A stretch of 64,000 nucleotides of DNA from Bdellovibrionales bacterium (GTDB taxonomy: Bacteria > Bdellovibrionota > Bdellovibrionia > Bdellovibrionales > UBA1609), in assembly GCA_027317865.1 (NCBI GenBank), contig DAHVQG010000012.1, forward strand, positions 1-64,000, in the 5' to 3' direction. The position numbers and the translations under genes are program-made. Positions 39,056-47,542 of this stretch are shown piece after piece. Numbering within the stretch: position 1 is the stretch's first letter; every line of letters begins with the position of its first letter. The notes beneath the pieces are model-generated. The model ran no database searches. It saw only the letters and a program-made list of their open reading frames with translations, and had not been told where the DNA came from.

Positions 39056-39507
39056 ATGTTGGTGAGAGCTCATCGCAAGAAGTCGATTTAAATATAGCTC
39101 CTATCATCGATATGTTCACCGTACTCATCACCTATCTTATTGTTACGGCCTCGTTTCTAACTCTTGCCGCAGTCGATGTCGGCGTTTCTGCAACCGGAAC
39201 CGCGGCGGCAACAAGCGCCGGTCGGCCTTCGATGTCGATGTTGCTTGAACTGAAATCCGGCGGCGACGTGAATATCGCGCTTCAGGGCGGTAATCTCACC
39301 CATGAGATCGATATCGACGTCAAAGGTTTACCCAATTCCCTGCAAAACGTTAAGGCGTTAGAAGCCCGGTTGCGTCAGCTCCAAGCGAAATGGCCGCAGA
39401 TTAAAGAAGTGAGCGTGACCGCCGATCCCAACATTATTTACAAAAATATTGTGGACGTCATTCACAAGGTTCAGTCGATTATGCCGAAGGTGTACATCTC
39501 GAGTTAG
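39052..39507 (+). CDS. ExbD/TolR family, AglQ-like
   Basis: DLNIAPIIDMFTVLITYL (conserved TM Asp), ADPNIIYKNIVDV. Confidence 0.88.
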   Translation: MNVGESSSQEVDLNIAPIIDMFTVLITYLIVTASFLTLAAVDVGVSATGTAAATSAGRPSMSMLLELKSGGDVNIALQGGNLTHEIDIDVKGLPNSLQNVKALEARLRQLQAKWPQIKEVSVTADPNIIYKNIVDVIHKVQSIMPKVYISS

Positions 39508-39555
39508 CACGTCAAAGTCAACGTCAATGATTACGCGTAAAAAGGCGCCGTTGTT

Positions 39556-40032
39556 ATGAAGCCGATCAAAAAGAAGAGAAAATCAACTGAGATGTCGTTG
39601 CAAATCACTTCGATGGCCGACATTTTTATGATTCTTCTCGTCTTTCTCCTTAAAAACTATTCAACGTCGATAACGAGCATTACGCCGAGCACTCATCTTA
39701 CCCTCCCCCAAGTGCTCAAATCAAACGCGCAGGTGCGCGAGTCGTTGAAGGTTGAAATTAGCCGCAACGTGGTCGTGGTCGATGATAAACCGATTGTGAG
39801 ATTAAATAACTTTCAGTTTGCGCCGAGCGAAACATTGCATGGCGCGGATTCACCTACGCTTGAACAGGTCTTCGCGCACCAACGTAAACTTTTACCGATA
39901 CCCAATCTTGGGTCGGGGCTTGTGGTGATGGCCGATCAACAAACGCCCTATTCGACGTTGAAACGCGTGGTGGCCTCCGCAGCTCAGGCGGGATTTGTGA
40001 ATTTGCAACTGGTCGTCGTTGAAACGGAATGA
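39556..40032 (+). CDS. ExbD/TolR family, AglS-like
   Basis: LQITSMADIFMILLVFLLKNYS, ADQQTPYSTLKRVVASAAQAGF. Confidence 0.9.
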   Translation: MKPIKKKRKSTEMSLQITSMADIFMILLVFLLKNYSTSITSITPSTHLTLPQVLKSNAQVRESLKVEISRNVVVVDDKPIVRLNNFQFAPSETLHGADSPTLEQVFAHQRKLLPIPNLGSGLVVMADQQTPYSTLKRVVASAAQAGFVNLQLVVVETE

Positions 40033-41777
40033 GTGTGATACCCGAAGAATTTCTGATAACAACTCAGATTGGCGAAGTTTCGCGCAAGCAGTTCTGGCAA
40101 TCGGACGAAATTGCGGATCTTGATTTGCCGGACGGTTGGGCAATTGAAATGCGCGACGGGAACATCTGCGTATTTGATTCAGCGGCCGATTCTAAACTAA
40201 TGCTCAACACCCCCGGCCAGGGTGAGAAATTGTCGATCGATTTGCCACCGTCGGCCCGTCAACGCTGGCGCCGCGCGACCCATGTTGAAGTCAAACCCAT
40301 TCGCAAACCGGCTCCGGTTTACGTGGTTTCATCGGATATTCAAACTTTAGAAAAGCCCGGTCCGAAGCAACCATTTCTATTTTATGGCCAAGATTTTCTG
40401 CTTGTTCACCACCGGCCCGTGCGTCTCAATCACCAAATAGCATTACTCGGGTACAACATTTTCAGCTATTCGCAGAAAACAAACGGCGATTTTGTCGTCA
40501 CCAGCAACCAAAGCGGCGTAATTGTTGAATCCGAATCTGGAACTAAAAAACTTGCGAAGGGCGAAGAGCTTCGCATGTCGGAATTCGATTTTTTTGGCGC
40601 GACCTTTCGTTTGCGTAAGCATTGGTGGCGCTTGCGGCTATTTCCGTCCGCTGACGGCCTAGAACCTGTCGAAACCGACGAGACCGATGAAGACCGTCAA
40701 GAGCGCGACCGTCTTCAGTACGCCACGGCGACGATTATGCTTTTGTTTTCTTTACTTTTGTTCGTTGGCTATTTGGCGGCAAAATTCAGTACACCTCCGC
40801 AGAAAATCGTTCGTGCCAACGTCGTTCTAAAAACTCCTGTGATTATTCCGCCGTTCAAAGCGCTCAAGAAACACGTCGTTCTAAAACCGAAGAAAAAAAT
40901 AAGAAAAATTGTTTTAAGAAAACGCAGGGTAATTAAACTGACCCGGCATATCGTGCATCATCCGCATCCTGTTCGCCGCCGAATTTTCAGACCAATCCGC
41001 AAACGAGTGGCTCTTGTTCGGCATCGTCCTGTCGCAGCCGCACCACGACCCGTTCACCCGCACCGTGTGACACCCCATATTTCACCGGCGGTCGCGCGCG
41101 CGCAAATGTTGGCACGGCAACGGGCCGCTCAGCAGGCCCAGGTGGCAAACGAGCTTAAGTTTCTCTCTAGCTCCTCAAATCTGCCGCAGCAAAACGTCGC
41201 GGAGTACAAAACAAAAAAGGGCCGGTACGCCAACACAGCGATGATTGGCGGCATGGTTAGTAAATCAAACGAGTTGAATCGAATTGCCAATGGCGCACCG
41301 GGGAGCGGTGTGATTCATACTCGAGATGCGCAAGAGATCAGCTCCAACATTCATTTTGGCGGTCGCGGTAAAGGTCTTAACCGCGTGCAAGGTCGTGTTT
41401 CGCTCTCGCAACTCTATGCAGGCGGCGGTAATTTGTCTGGAGCGCTCGGCGGCGGCAGCGGGCTTGCGGTTTCTGGCCCTGGATCTATTTCAAACGGGCT
41501 CATCGAAGCCGTTTTGCAAAAATACTTGAGCCGGTTTGAGTATTGTTACGAAAAGGCGCTCTTATCCGACGCTTCTCTTGCTGGCAACTTGCTCGTTCAA
41601 TGGAATATCACCATGGCTGGTCGAGTGGCACATTCGCAGATTCTGCGATCTCAGCTCAATAATGCGCAATTACATGATTGCATTTTGCATGTTCTCGATG
41701 GCATACACTTTCCGCACCCGCACGGCGGTTACGTGACCGTTCAAAAAACATTTAGTTTCAAGAGCAGTTCAATTTAG
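40029..41777 (+). CDS. TonB-like energy transducer, GltG/PglI/AgmX C-terminal domain
   Basis: Cytoplasmic N-domain, one TM, long linker, Gly-rich segment, C-terminal YCYEKALL....LAG.LLVQWNI..GRV...CI...L..IHFP.P.GG.VTV...FSF. Confidence 0.87.
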   Translation: MSVIPEEFLITTQIGEVSRKQFWQSDEIADLDLPDGWAIEMRDGNICVFDSAADSKLMLNTPGQGEKLSIDLPPSARQRWRRATHVEVKPIRKPAPVYVVSSDIQTLEKPGPKQPFLFYGQDFLLVHHRPVRLNHQIALLGYNIFSYSQKTNGDFVVTSNQSGVIVESESGTKKLAKGEELRMSEFDFFGATFRLRKHWWRLRLFPSADGLEPVETDETDEDRQERDRLQYATATIMLLFSLLLFVGYLAAKFSTPPQKIVRANVVLKTPVIIPPFKALKKHVVLKPKKKIRKIVLRKRRVIKLTRHIVHHPHPVRRRIFRPIRKRVALVRHRPVAAAPRPVHPHRVTPHISPAVARAQMLARQRAAQQAQVANELKFLSSSSNLPQQNVAEYKTKKGRYANTAMIGGMVSKSNELNRIANGAPGSGVIHTRDAQEISSNIHFGGRGKGLNRVQGRVSLSQLYAGGGNLSGALGGGSGLAVSGPGSISNGLIEAVLQKYLSRFEYCYEKALLSDASLAGNLLVQWNITMAGRVAHSQILRSQLNNAQLHDCILHVLDGIHFPHPHGGYVTVQKTFSFKSSSI

Positions 41778-41799
41778 TTGGGCACTTTTTACTGGAAGC

Positions 41800-42672
41800 T
41801 CAGAAAAATGCCGACAAAACGACCATCATGTTAAGATCGTAATTCGAGTAAACCGATAAATGAAGCGTATCGCCCGAAAAACCGGCGCCCATATAAAAAT
41901 CGTCAGCGCTCGGTGAAGCGTTCACGTCATCTTCGTACGTCATACTGGCTTCGAGCGAACCTTCGCGGCGTTCGTATCCGAGCGAAACTTTATCAACTTT
42001 ATTTGTTGAACCACCGGTGCCTTGCGTTTGTTGAAAACTCGACTCGAGGCTAACCGTGTTATCGTTGTCGACATAGGCGTATCCGGCACCGTAATTCAAA
42101 GTTTGCGTGGTCGAACCAGATGGGTCGACATATTCGGCATCGACACCCAACCGATTTTCACCATTTGGATTAAATATTAACCCGGCCCCGTAAGTCGGGA
42201 CTTTATTTGAAACTGAGTAACGAAGTCCGATATCCATCATGTCATCGACGGACGCGCCTAAAATTCCCGCAGTTGTACTGTAGCAACCCGAACATGTCGG
42301 GTCGTGCGCGCCAGCCGCAATGCCGAAATTGTCATTTGAATCGCCCGCTTCAAAGCCGGTGTCAGATGAGCCATCTTTTGCATATTCGACGCTCAATCGC
42401 AGTTCTTGCTGATACATCACCCCCGCCGGATTTTCAGCGCCAAGGTATCCGTAGCCCATGTTGACGAGTGACGTGACGTTCGGAGCGGCAATCCCCTGCC
42501 CCACAGCAACTAAATTGGTTGTCGGCATGCCCACGTTTGTGGGCGATAAGCTCGCTGCATACTGAGCCCATGCTTTAGGCGTTAGAACGACCGAAACCGT
42601 GAGAACCGTTGCAACTGAAACCGCTACGAAAGCCGCCGTCGACGCAAGCGTCGAAAATATTAATTTCTTCAT
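41800..42672 (-). CDS. Putative outer-membrane beta-barrel protein
   Basis: MKKLIF..AWA signal peptide, ENPAG motif, many amphipathic strands, terminal Phe. Confidence 0.75.
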   Translation of the reverse strand: MKKLIFSTLASTAAFVAVSVATVLTVSVVLTPKAWAQYAASLSPTNVGMPTTNLVAVGQGIAAPNVTSLVNMGYGYLGAENPAGVMYQQELRLSVEYAKDGSSDTGFEAGDSNDNFGIAAGAHDPTCSGCYSTTAGILGASVDDMMDIGLRYSVSNKVPTYGAGLIFNPNGENRLGVDAEYVDPSGSTTQTLNYGAGYAYVDNDNTVSLESSFQQTQGTGGSTNKVDKVSLGYERREGSLEASMTYEDDVNASPSADDFYMGAGFSGDTLHLSVYSNYDLNMMVVLSAFF

Positions 42673-42734
42673 GAGTTCACTGTTCAATGACTGTTGGGTT
42701 ATGTCAAGTTTGTGTGCTGCGAGATTGCGCCGAC

Positions 42735-45353
42735 TTATGGATTTACCGTGCCGCCATAGAGCGAACCCGTGCCGACAACCGTACCGCCAACAGTGAGCAC
42801 GCCGCCGTTTTTGGTGAGAGTGTTCCCGTTTAAGCTCAATGAGGCTAATGTCAGATCGTAGCCGGCCATATTGATCGCACCACTTGTCACCGATGTCGCT
42901 TGCGATGAACCATTCCAAGAAACTGCCGAGCCCAATGTCAAAGTGCCCCCACCGGTAATGCTGATATTACCGGTCGGGAAGGCTCCAGAATTTGTAACCG
43001 AAACCGTTTGAGTACCCGAGCCAGTGAAATTGAGGGCTGCGGTGCCCGATAGCCCCGAAACACTTGAAGTCACGTTACCCGCGACCGCAAATGTGCCGGA
43101 ATTTATAGCATCGCCGTAATTACCGCCGAACGACAGGGTACCCGAAATGTTCATTGTCTCGCCGCCCATCGTATAGGTTGAGCAGCTCAAGACGATCGAA
43201 ACGTTGTTATACGTAGCAGTTCCGGGTTCCAGCGTGAGCCCGTTATTGCACTCAGGTTCAAGTTGCAACGTTGACCCGGTCGTTGTCAGTGTACCGACGG
43301 AGGTCACAACGAAATTCCCGTTGCTATTATATTCAGATTTACCACCAATAGTAACGACTCCGGACAACGTGACATTGTCGCTACCCGTATTAATTGTTAG
43401 GTTGGGTATGTCTGCACCCGCAGAAGTCGTAAGAGTTTGGCCAGAGGCATTGCCGGTGAGCTCAACAACGGACGTACCGTCAACGCGGACATCTGACGTC
43501 ACGTTGCCAGCAACCAATAAAGTTGAACCATTGACACTGCCATCGCCGCTCGCGAAGGTGAGATTTCCGTCAATCGTCATATTTGAATTAATAGTCGCGG
43601 CATGTGGCCAATTGACGTTCAAAGTGACATCATTAAAAGCCGTCGACCCAGGTGAAATACTGTAAGAATAATCTGAATAATCAAAGGTGACGGCATTGGT
43701 ATTGAGATTTAATGTCCCCGCAGTGTACGTCCAATTACCTTCGACTGTAAGCGCACTGGCTATTGAAGCTGTACCGGTTGAGTTAAAATCTAACGAGGGT
43801 AGGTCGCCACCCGTCTGGGTAATTGTTTGAGTTCCTGTGCCGTCCAAAACAATTGTACCCTCGGCGTTGTCGTTGTTGCCTCCACTAGCGGTGAGATTGC
43901 CCGCAACGTCGATTGTGGCATCGGGGTCTCCGTTGGTGATGGTGAGATTGCCATTCACGGTTATGGGGTTACCATTCGCGATAAACGCGCCCCCACCTGA
44001 AATCGTCAGATCATTGAACGCAATCGCGTTCGAGACATTGTAATTACCATTGCACGTGAATATAACTCCGTTGCCGTTGAGATTGACAGTACCGGCGATA
44101 TAATTCCAATTACCTGTCACTGTAAGCGGATTTTGAATTGAAATTGTACCTGTCGAATCAAAATTGACCGCGCCAATCGCCCCATTCGCAGTGCTGGTAA
44201 TTGTTTGCGTGCCTGTCCCGTCAAAAACCCATACTGCCATATTCCAAGGATCGGTACCGCCGCCGGCCGTAAGAGTTACGTTACCGGCAATATCGAGCGT
44301 GCCACCGAAAACTGTCAAGCCAGAGGTGCTGTTTGTCGTCACATTACCCGAAATGGTTATCGTCCCGCCATTAAGATTAACACTACCCCCTCCGGTGAAT
44401 TCAACATTGTCGTAAGTTGCAGTACCCGGCTGCACATTCCATTGGCCGCCGCTCCCTGCAGCAAAATTAAGGGTACTGCCCGTCATGTTGAGCGTGCCCC
44501 CGTAAACCTTCCAGTCATAACTTTCGGTTATCGTCTGCGTGCCCGCATTAAAGGTTCCGCCGCTGATCGCAAAATTGGAGCCAATAGTCATCCCAGCCGC
44601 TGAACCAGTAAACGTTCCGCCCATTTCAACGAAGTCATCGGGGTAATATGATTGGTCGAGCGTTATGGTATAACCGCTGCCTTGAGTAATCGTGCCGGTA
44701 TATCCACTTGCCATGCGAATACCCGCCACGGAGATATTCGCGTTAACCGTTGGCGAACAATTGACCGTACACGAACCGTCAAAAAGTGCGATGTCACCGC
44801 TGCCGGGTGCCGAGCCCCCTGACCAATTGGCCCCAGTCGTCCAGTTTGCGTCCGCGCCGCCACCCGTCCAAACAAACGGGTTAGATGAAACTGTTTCAGT
44901 TTGCGAGACAGTATACGGGTTGGGATAATAATAATTCGCCGACACCGAGGCAGTGATAGTTGGCGATCCTGTCGAGGTGTCAACGTAATATATTGTGGCA
45001 TTTTTAGAGGACGTGCCGATCGTTACCGATGTTATTGGCTGAGTACAGGTTGTATCGGAATAAAATGTCACACCTGATGACCCGGAAATATTGACTGTGA
45101 GTGGACTAATCGGATTTGCAGCCATGCCTAACCAATTATTATTTTGAATTGTCAACCCCCCCGAGCAGTCGCCGGCATAGTTCGATTGAGCAGTCGAGGT
45201 AATCGACAATGTGAAATCATGTTGCTTCCAAAAAGCGGGTGACATCCACTGCGCGTGGGCGGCGAACGGGATAATTATCAAAAACACAACAATCGACGTA
45301 AAAACCACGAGCCCCATTGTCGCAGACTGCAAATGAAATTTTAGGGTTCTCAT
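42735..45353 (-). CDS. Secreted G/T/S/N-rich beta-solenoid repeat protein (adhesin-like)
   Basis: Signal peptide AHA. Ig-like segment, WTGGG...WTTGANW cap, repeats of AGN.T...DGTGTQTIT..LTV.GNW.Y.AGT.NLN. Confidence 0.85.
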   Translation of the reverse strand: MRTLKFHLQSATMGLVVFTSIVVFLIIIPFAAHAQWMSPAFWKQHDFTLSITSTAQSNYAGDCSGGLTIQNNNWLGMAANPISPLTVNISGSSGVTFYSDTTCTQPITSVTIGTSSKNATIYYVDTSTGSPTITASVSANYYYPNPYTVSQTETVSSNPFVWTGGGADANWTTGANWSGGSAPGSGDIALFDGSCTVNCSPTVNANISVAGIRMASGYTGTITQGSGYTITLDQSYYPDDFVEMGGTFTGSAAGMTIGSNFAISGGTFNAGTQTITESYDWKVYGGTLNMTGSTLNFAAGSGGQWNVQPGTATYDNVEFTGGGSVNLNGGTITISGNVTTNSTSGLTVFGGTLDIAGNVTLTAGGGTDPWNMAVWVFDGTGTQTITSTANGAIGAVNFDSTGTISIQNPLTVTGNWNYIAGTVNLNGNGVIFTCNGNYNVSNAIAFNDLTISGGGAFIANGNPITVNGNLTITNGDPDATIDVAGNLTASGGNNDNAEGTIVLDGTGTQTITQTGGDLPSLDFNSTGTASIASALTVEGNWTYTAGTLNLNTNAVTFDYSDYSYSISPGSTAFNDVTLNVNWPHAATINSNMTIDGNLTFASGDGSVNGSTLLVAGNVTSDVRVDGTSVVELTGNASGQTLTTSAGADIPNLTINTGSDNVTLSGVVTIGGKSEYNSNGNFVVTSVGTLTTTGSTLQLEPECNNGLTLEPGTATYNNVSIVLSCSTYTMGGETMNISGTLSFGGNYGDAINSGTFAVAGNVTSSVSGLSGTAALNFTGSGTQTVSVTNSGAFPTGNISITGGGTLTLGSAVSWNGSSQATSVTSGAINMAGYDLTLASLSLNGNTLTKNGGVLTVGGTVVGTGSLYGGTVNP

Positions 45354-45389
45354 GCCAAAACCTCATGCTGCGCCATTAAAATCTGCCCC

Positions 45390-47369
45390 CTAGTATCCGG
45401 GGGTCCATGCGATGTACACGTCTGCTCCGGCGACGAGAATTGAAAACAATGTTTGTTTACCAGATACTGTAGCGCCGAAATCTGGCGGAGTATGAACAGT
45501 GAGCGCGGTAACTCCTGCATCACTGTACGCGGTGAAACTGCAAGTTGCAGCGGTCGTGCCTTTGACTATGAACGTGTACGTACCGCCGTCTTTCAAATTG
45601 TTAAACTGAAACGCTCCGCAAGAAGACGTGGTGTACTGAATGTTGCCGGTTGAAAAATCGATTGTTGAAGTTGTATTATTCACAGCCGGATTTGTAACGA
45701 GTGACCCGTTGCTGACGTCGAGGCCCGCACGTGGTGATGTGGTGCCAATGCCGACGTTGCCATTATTAGCGACAGTAAACCTCACTGTCCCGGCTACCGT
45801 GCCATTGTCACCTGTGGCAACTCGAAAATCGCCCGTATTGGTCGTCAGCATGACGTTACTCGCGTAACCAGTCCCACTGGCACCGCTATTGGCATAACCA
45901 ATTTGGCCACCCATCACTCCGCTATTATTGAGAAACATAATGCCCGACAACCCCGAGCTACTTGTGTTTTCAATACGCTCAAGAGGATTGTAGTTATAGG
46001 TCCCGACTATATCCAACGGAAAAGCTGGGCTTGCTGTGCCAATGCCGACATCGCCGGCAAAATAATTTGAACTCGTACCGGCTGAGTAGACCCCCCAACC
46101 CGTCGAACTGTTATTGTTGAAATATCCCGCATAGCCAGTGTTGCCTGCGCCATTTTCTGCCCCGTACACGCCTGTACCAGCCCCGGTTGACGACGAAGTG
46201 AAATAGCCCCCAAATGGAGTTCCAGTTGTTGATGTCGCGTTACCTGCAACACCGTAAGCATCGCCAGCCGACGAGACGACACCGTACACACCGGTTGTCC
46301 CGGTCGATGCTGAAGAAGCGCTGCCGTATACACCATAACTTGCCGACGTAGTGTCGCCGTTAACGCCTGAGACCACTGGTCCCGATACTGTACTACCTTT
46401 TACATCTAAGGGATAATTTGGCGTATTGGTTCCAATACCCAACCGGTGGTTCGTAGTATCCCAGAAGAAATTTGTCGGATCGCTTGTTAAAGATGTGCCA
46501 CCACTGATTTGTACCGCACCTGCCGCACCACTTGGCGTAACGCTGCTACCGGTGGCTAAAGTTTGTGTCGAAGTGCCATTATAATACTCGATTGAGTTCG
46601 AAGTTGTGTTGTACCACATACTACCAACCGTCGGCGAAGATGGTGGACTTGTCGTCGTGTATGTCGGCAAGCTTGTGGCGCTCGTTGTAGATGTCGACAT
46701 GAAGTTGCCGCTTTCAATCGATTGCAGATTTGTGTACGCAGTGCCCGTAAATAAAGCGTTGAGATTGGCTTGCGTAACATTAGCTCCGCCAGAAGTGTTC
46801 ACTTGTAAAAACGACGAAGCGTCTAGGCCCTGCAAAGTTTGCGCGACAAGAGCCGTCGGCACGCTACTTAAAATAGTATCCGGCGATAAGGTATCGGCAA
46901 CGCCCGTCGCCGACGGAGTGACTGTGATTCGAAAATAGCGAATATCGCCGGGCACGGGAGTATAAGAATTGCCCGTGCACGTTTGCCCTGGCGCGCTTGT
47001 CCCCGCAATGGCCGTCAAATTTTGAAAAACGTTGGCCATCGTATTGCCGGGGTCGCTCGCCGTACGTTGGGCACTGCCGACGGCAGAGCCCACTTGAATA
47101 TTGTAATAACCATTCGTTGTGGATGTGTTCACGGTCTGTTGTTCTTCGTACAAAATGCAGGTTTTTGCCGGATTTAATATGTCGATGGTGATCTTGGCCC
47201 CGGTGTCGAGCAAAGGATTGGTCGTGCCAGCTTGTAAAAGCTGACCGTCGAGAGTGAAAGACTGAGGCGATTCGTTGGCTCCGTAAACGTGCTGCGCGAA
47301 CAAGACCGCCAGACCAAATATGAGCACACGATTTATATAGCCAATCAAACCACGAGAATTTTGGCTCAT
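45390..47369 (-). CDS. Phage-tail-fibre-like trimeric adhesin (Bdellovibrio MAT-like), no S74 chaperone
   Basis: Signal peptide. N-domain SPQSFTLDGQL...NP..TCILYEE...SVP.ALVA, three (L/V)GIGT..P repeats, GVYG repeats, C-terminal TIDFSTGN..Y domain. Confidence 0.85.
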   Translation of the reverse strand: MSQNSRGLIGYINRVLIFGLAVLFAQHVYGANESPQSFTLDGQLLQAGTTNPLLDTGAKITIDILNPAKTCILYEEQQTVNTSTTNGYYNIQVGSAVGSAQRTASDPGNTMANVFQNLTAIAGTSAPGQTCTGNSYTPVPGDIRYFRITVTPSATGVADTLSPDTILSSVPTALVAQTLQGLDASSFLQVNTSGGANVTQANLNALFTGTAYTNLQSIESGNFMSTSTTSATSLPTYTTTSPPSSPTVGSMWYNTTSNSIEYYNGTSTQTLATGSSVTPSGAAGAVQISGGTSLTSDPTNFFWDTTNHRLGIGTNTPNYPLDVKGSTVSGPVVSGVNGDTTSASYGVYGSASSASTGTTGVYGVVSSAGDAYGVAGNATSTTGTPFGGYFTSSSTGAGTGVYGAENGAGNTGYAGYFNNNSSTGWGVYSAGTSSNYFAGDVGIGTASPAFPLDIVGTYNYNPLERIENTSSSGLSGIMFLNNSGVMGGQIGYANSGASGTGYASNVMLTTNTGDFRVATGDNGTVAGTVRFTVANNGNVGIGTTSPRAGLDVSNGSLVTNPAVNNTTSTIDFSTGNIQYTTSSCGAFQFNNLKDGGTYTFIVKGTTAATCSFTAYSDAGVTALTVHTPPDFGATVSGKQTLFSILVAGADVYIAWTPGY

Positions 47370-47375
47370 ATTTAT

Positions 47376-47402
47376 GTATCGGAATATTCAAAATAAACTT
47401 TA
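47376..47402 (-). promoter_or_regulatory. Sigma28 (FliA)-type promoter of the fibre operon
   Basis: Minus strand TAAA-N15-TCCGATAC, 6 nt before ATG 47369, no SD. Confidence 0.65.
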
Positions 47403-47505
47403 CTTTTGTCACGTCTTGCAATGAGACATAATTTCAAATCCAAATTGTTTGCTCAGCCGAAAGTCCAAAGCAAAACATAACAGCCTAAATATTCTGAACT
47501 AAATC

Positions 47506-47533
47506 TCAATATAATCTCAGTTTGAGCCGATCA
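47506..47533 (+). promoter_or_regulatory. Putative sigma28-type promoter
   Basis: TCAAT-N15-GCCGATCA, 9 nt before ATG 47543. Confidence 0.5.
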
Positions 47534-47542
47534 AAACTCTAT

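Noticed and set aside
40782-41150. Frameshift or pseudogene explanation for the odd basic stretch in the GltG-like gene
   Set aside because: The frame is continuous from the TM to the intact C-terminal domain, and neighbouring periplasmic proteins share the basic bias. Kept as a finding instead.
42673-42918. N-terminal extension of the 372-aa ORF (similar over-long starts at 27, 3371, 3873, 37893 and 52701)
   Set aside because: The extensions overlap neighbouring genes, promoters or intergenic DNA. Downstream starts give proper signal peptides or RBSs.
45390-47369. Prophage tail gene
   Set aside because: It has a Sec signal peptide and a cellular MAT-type N-domain, and no capsid, terminase or tail genes are nearby.
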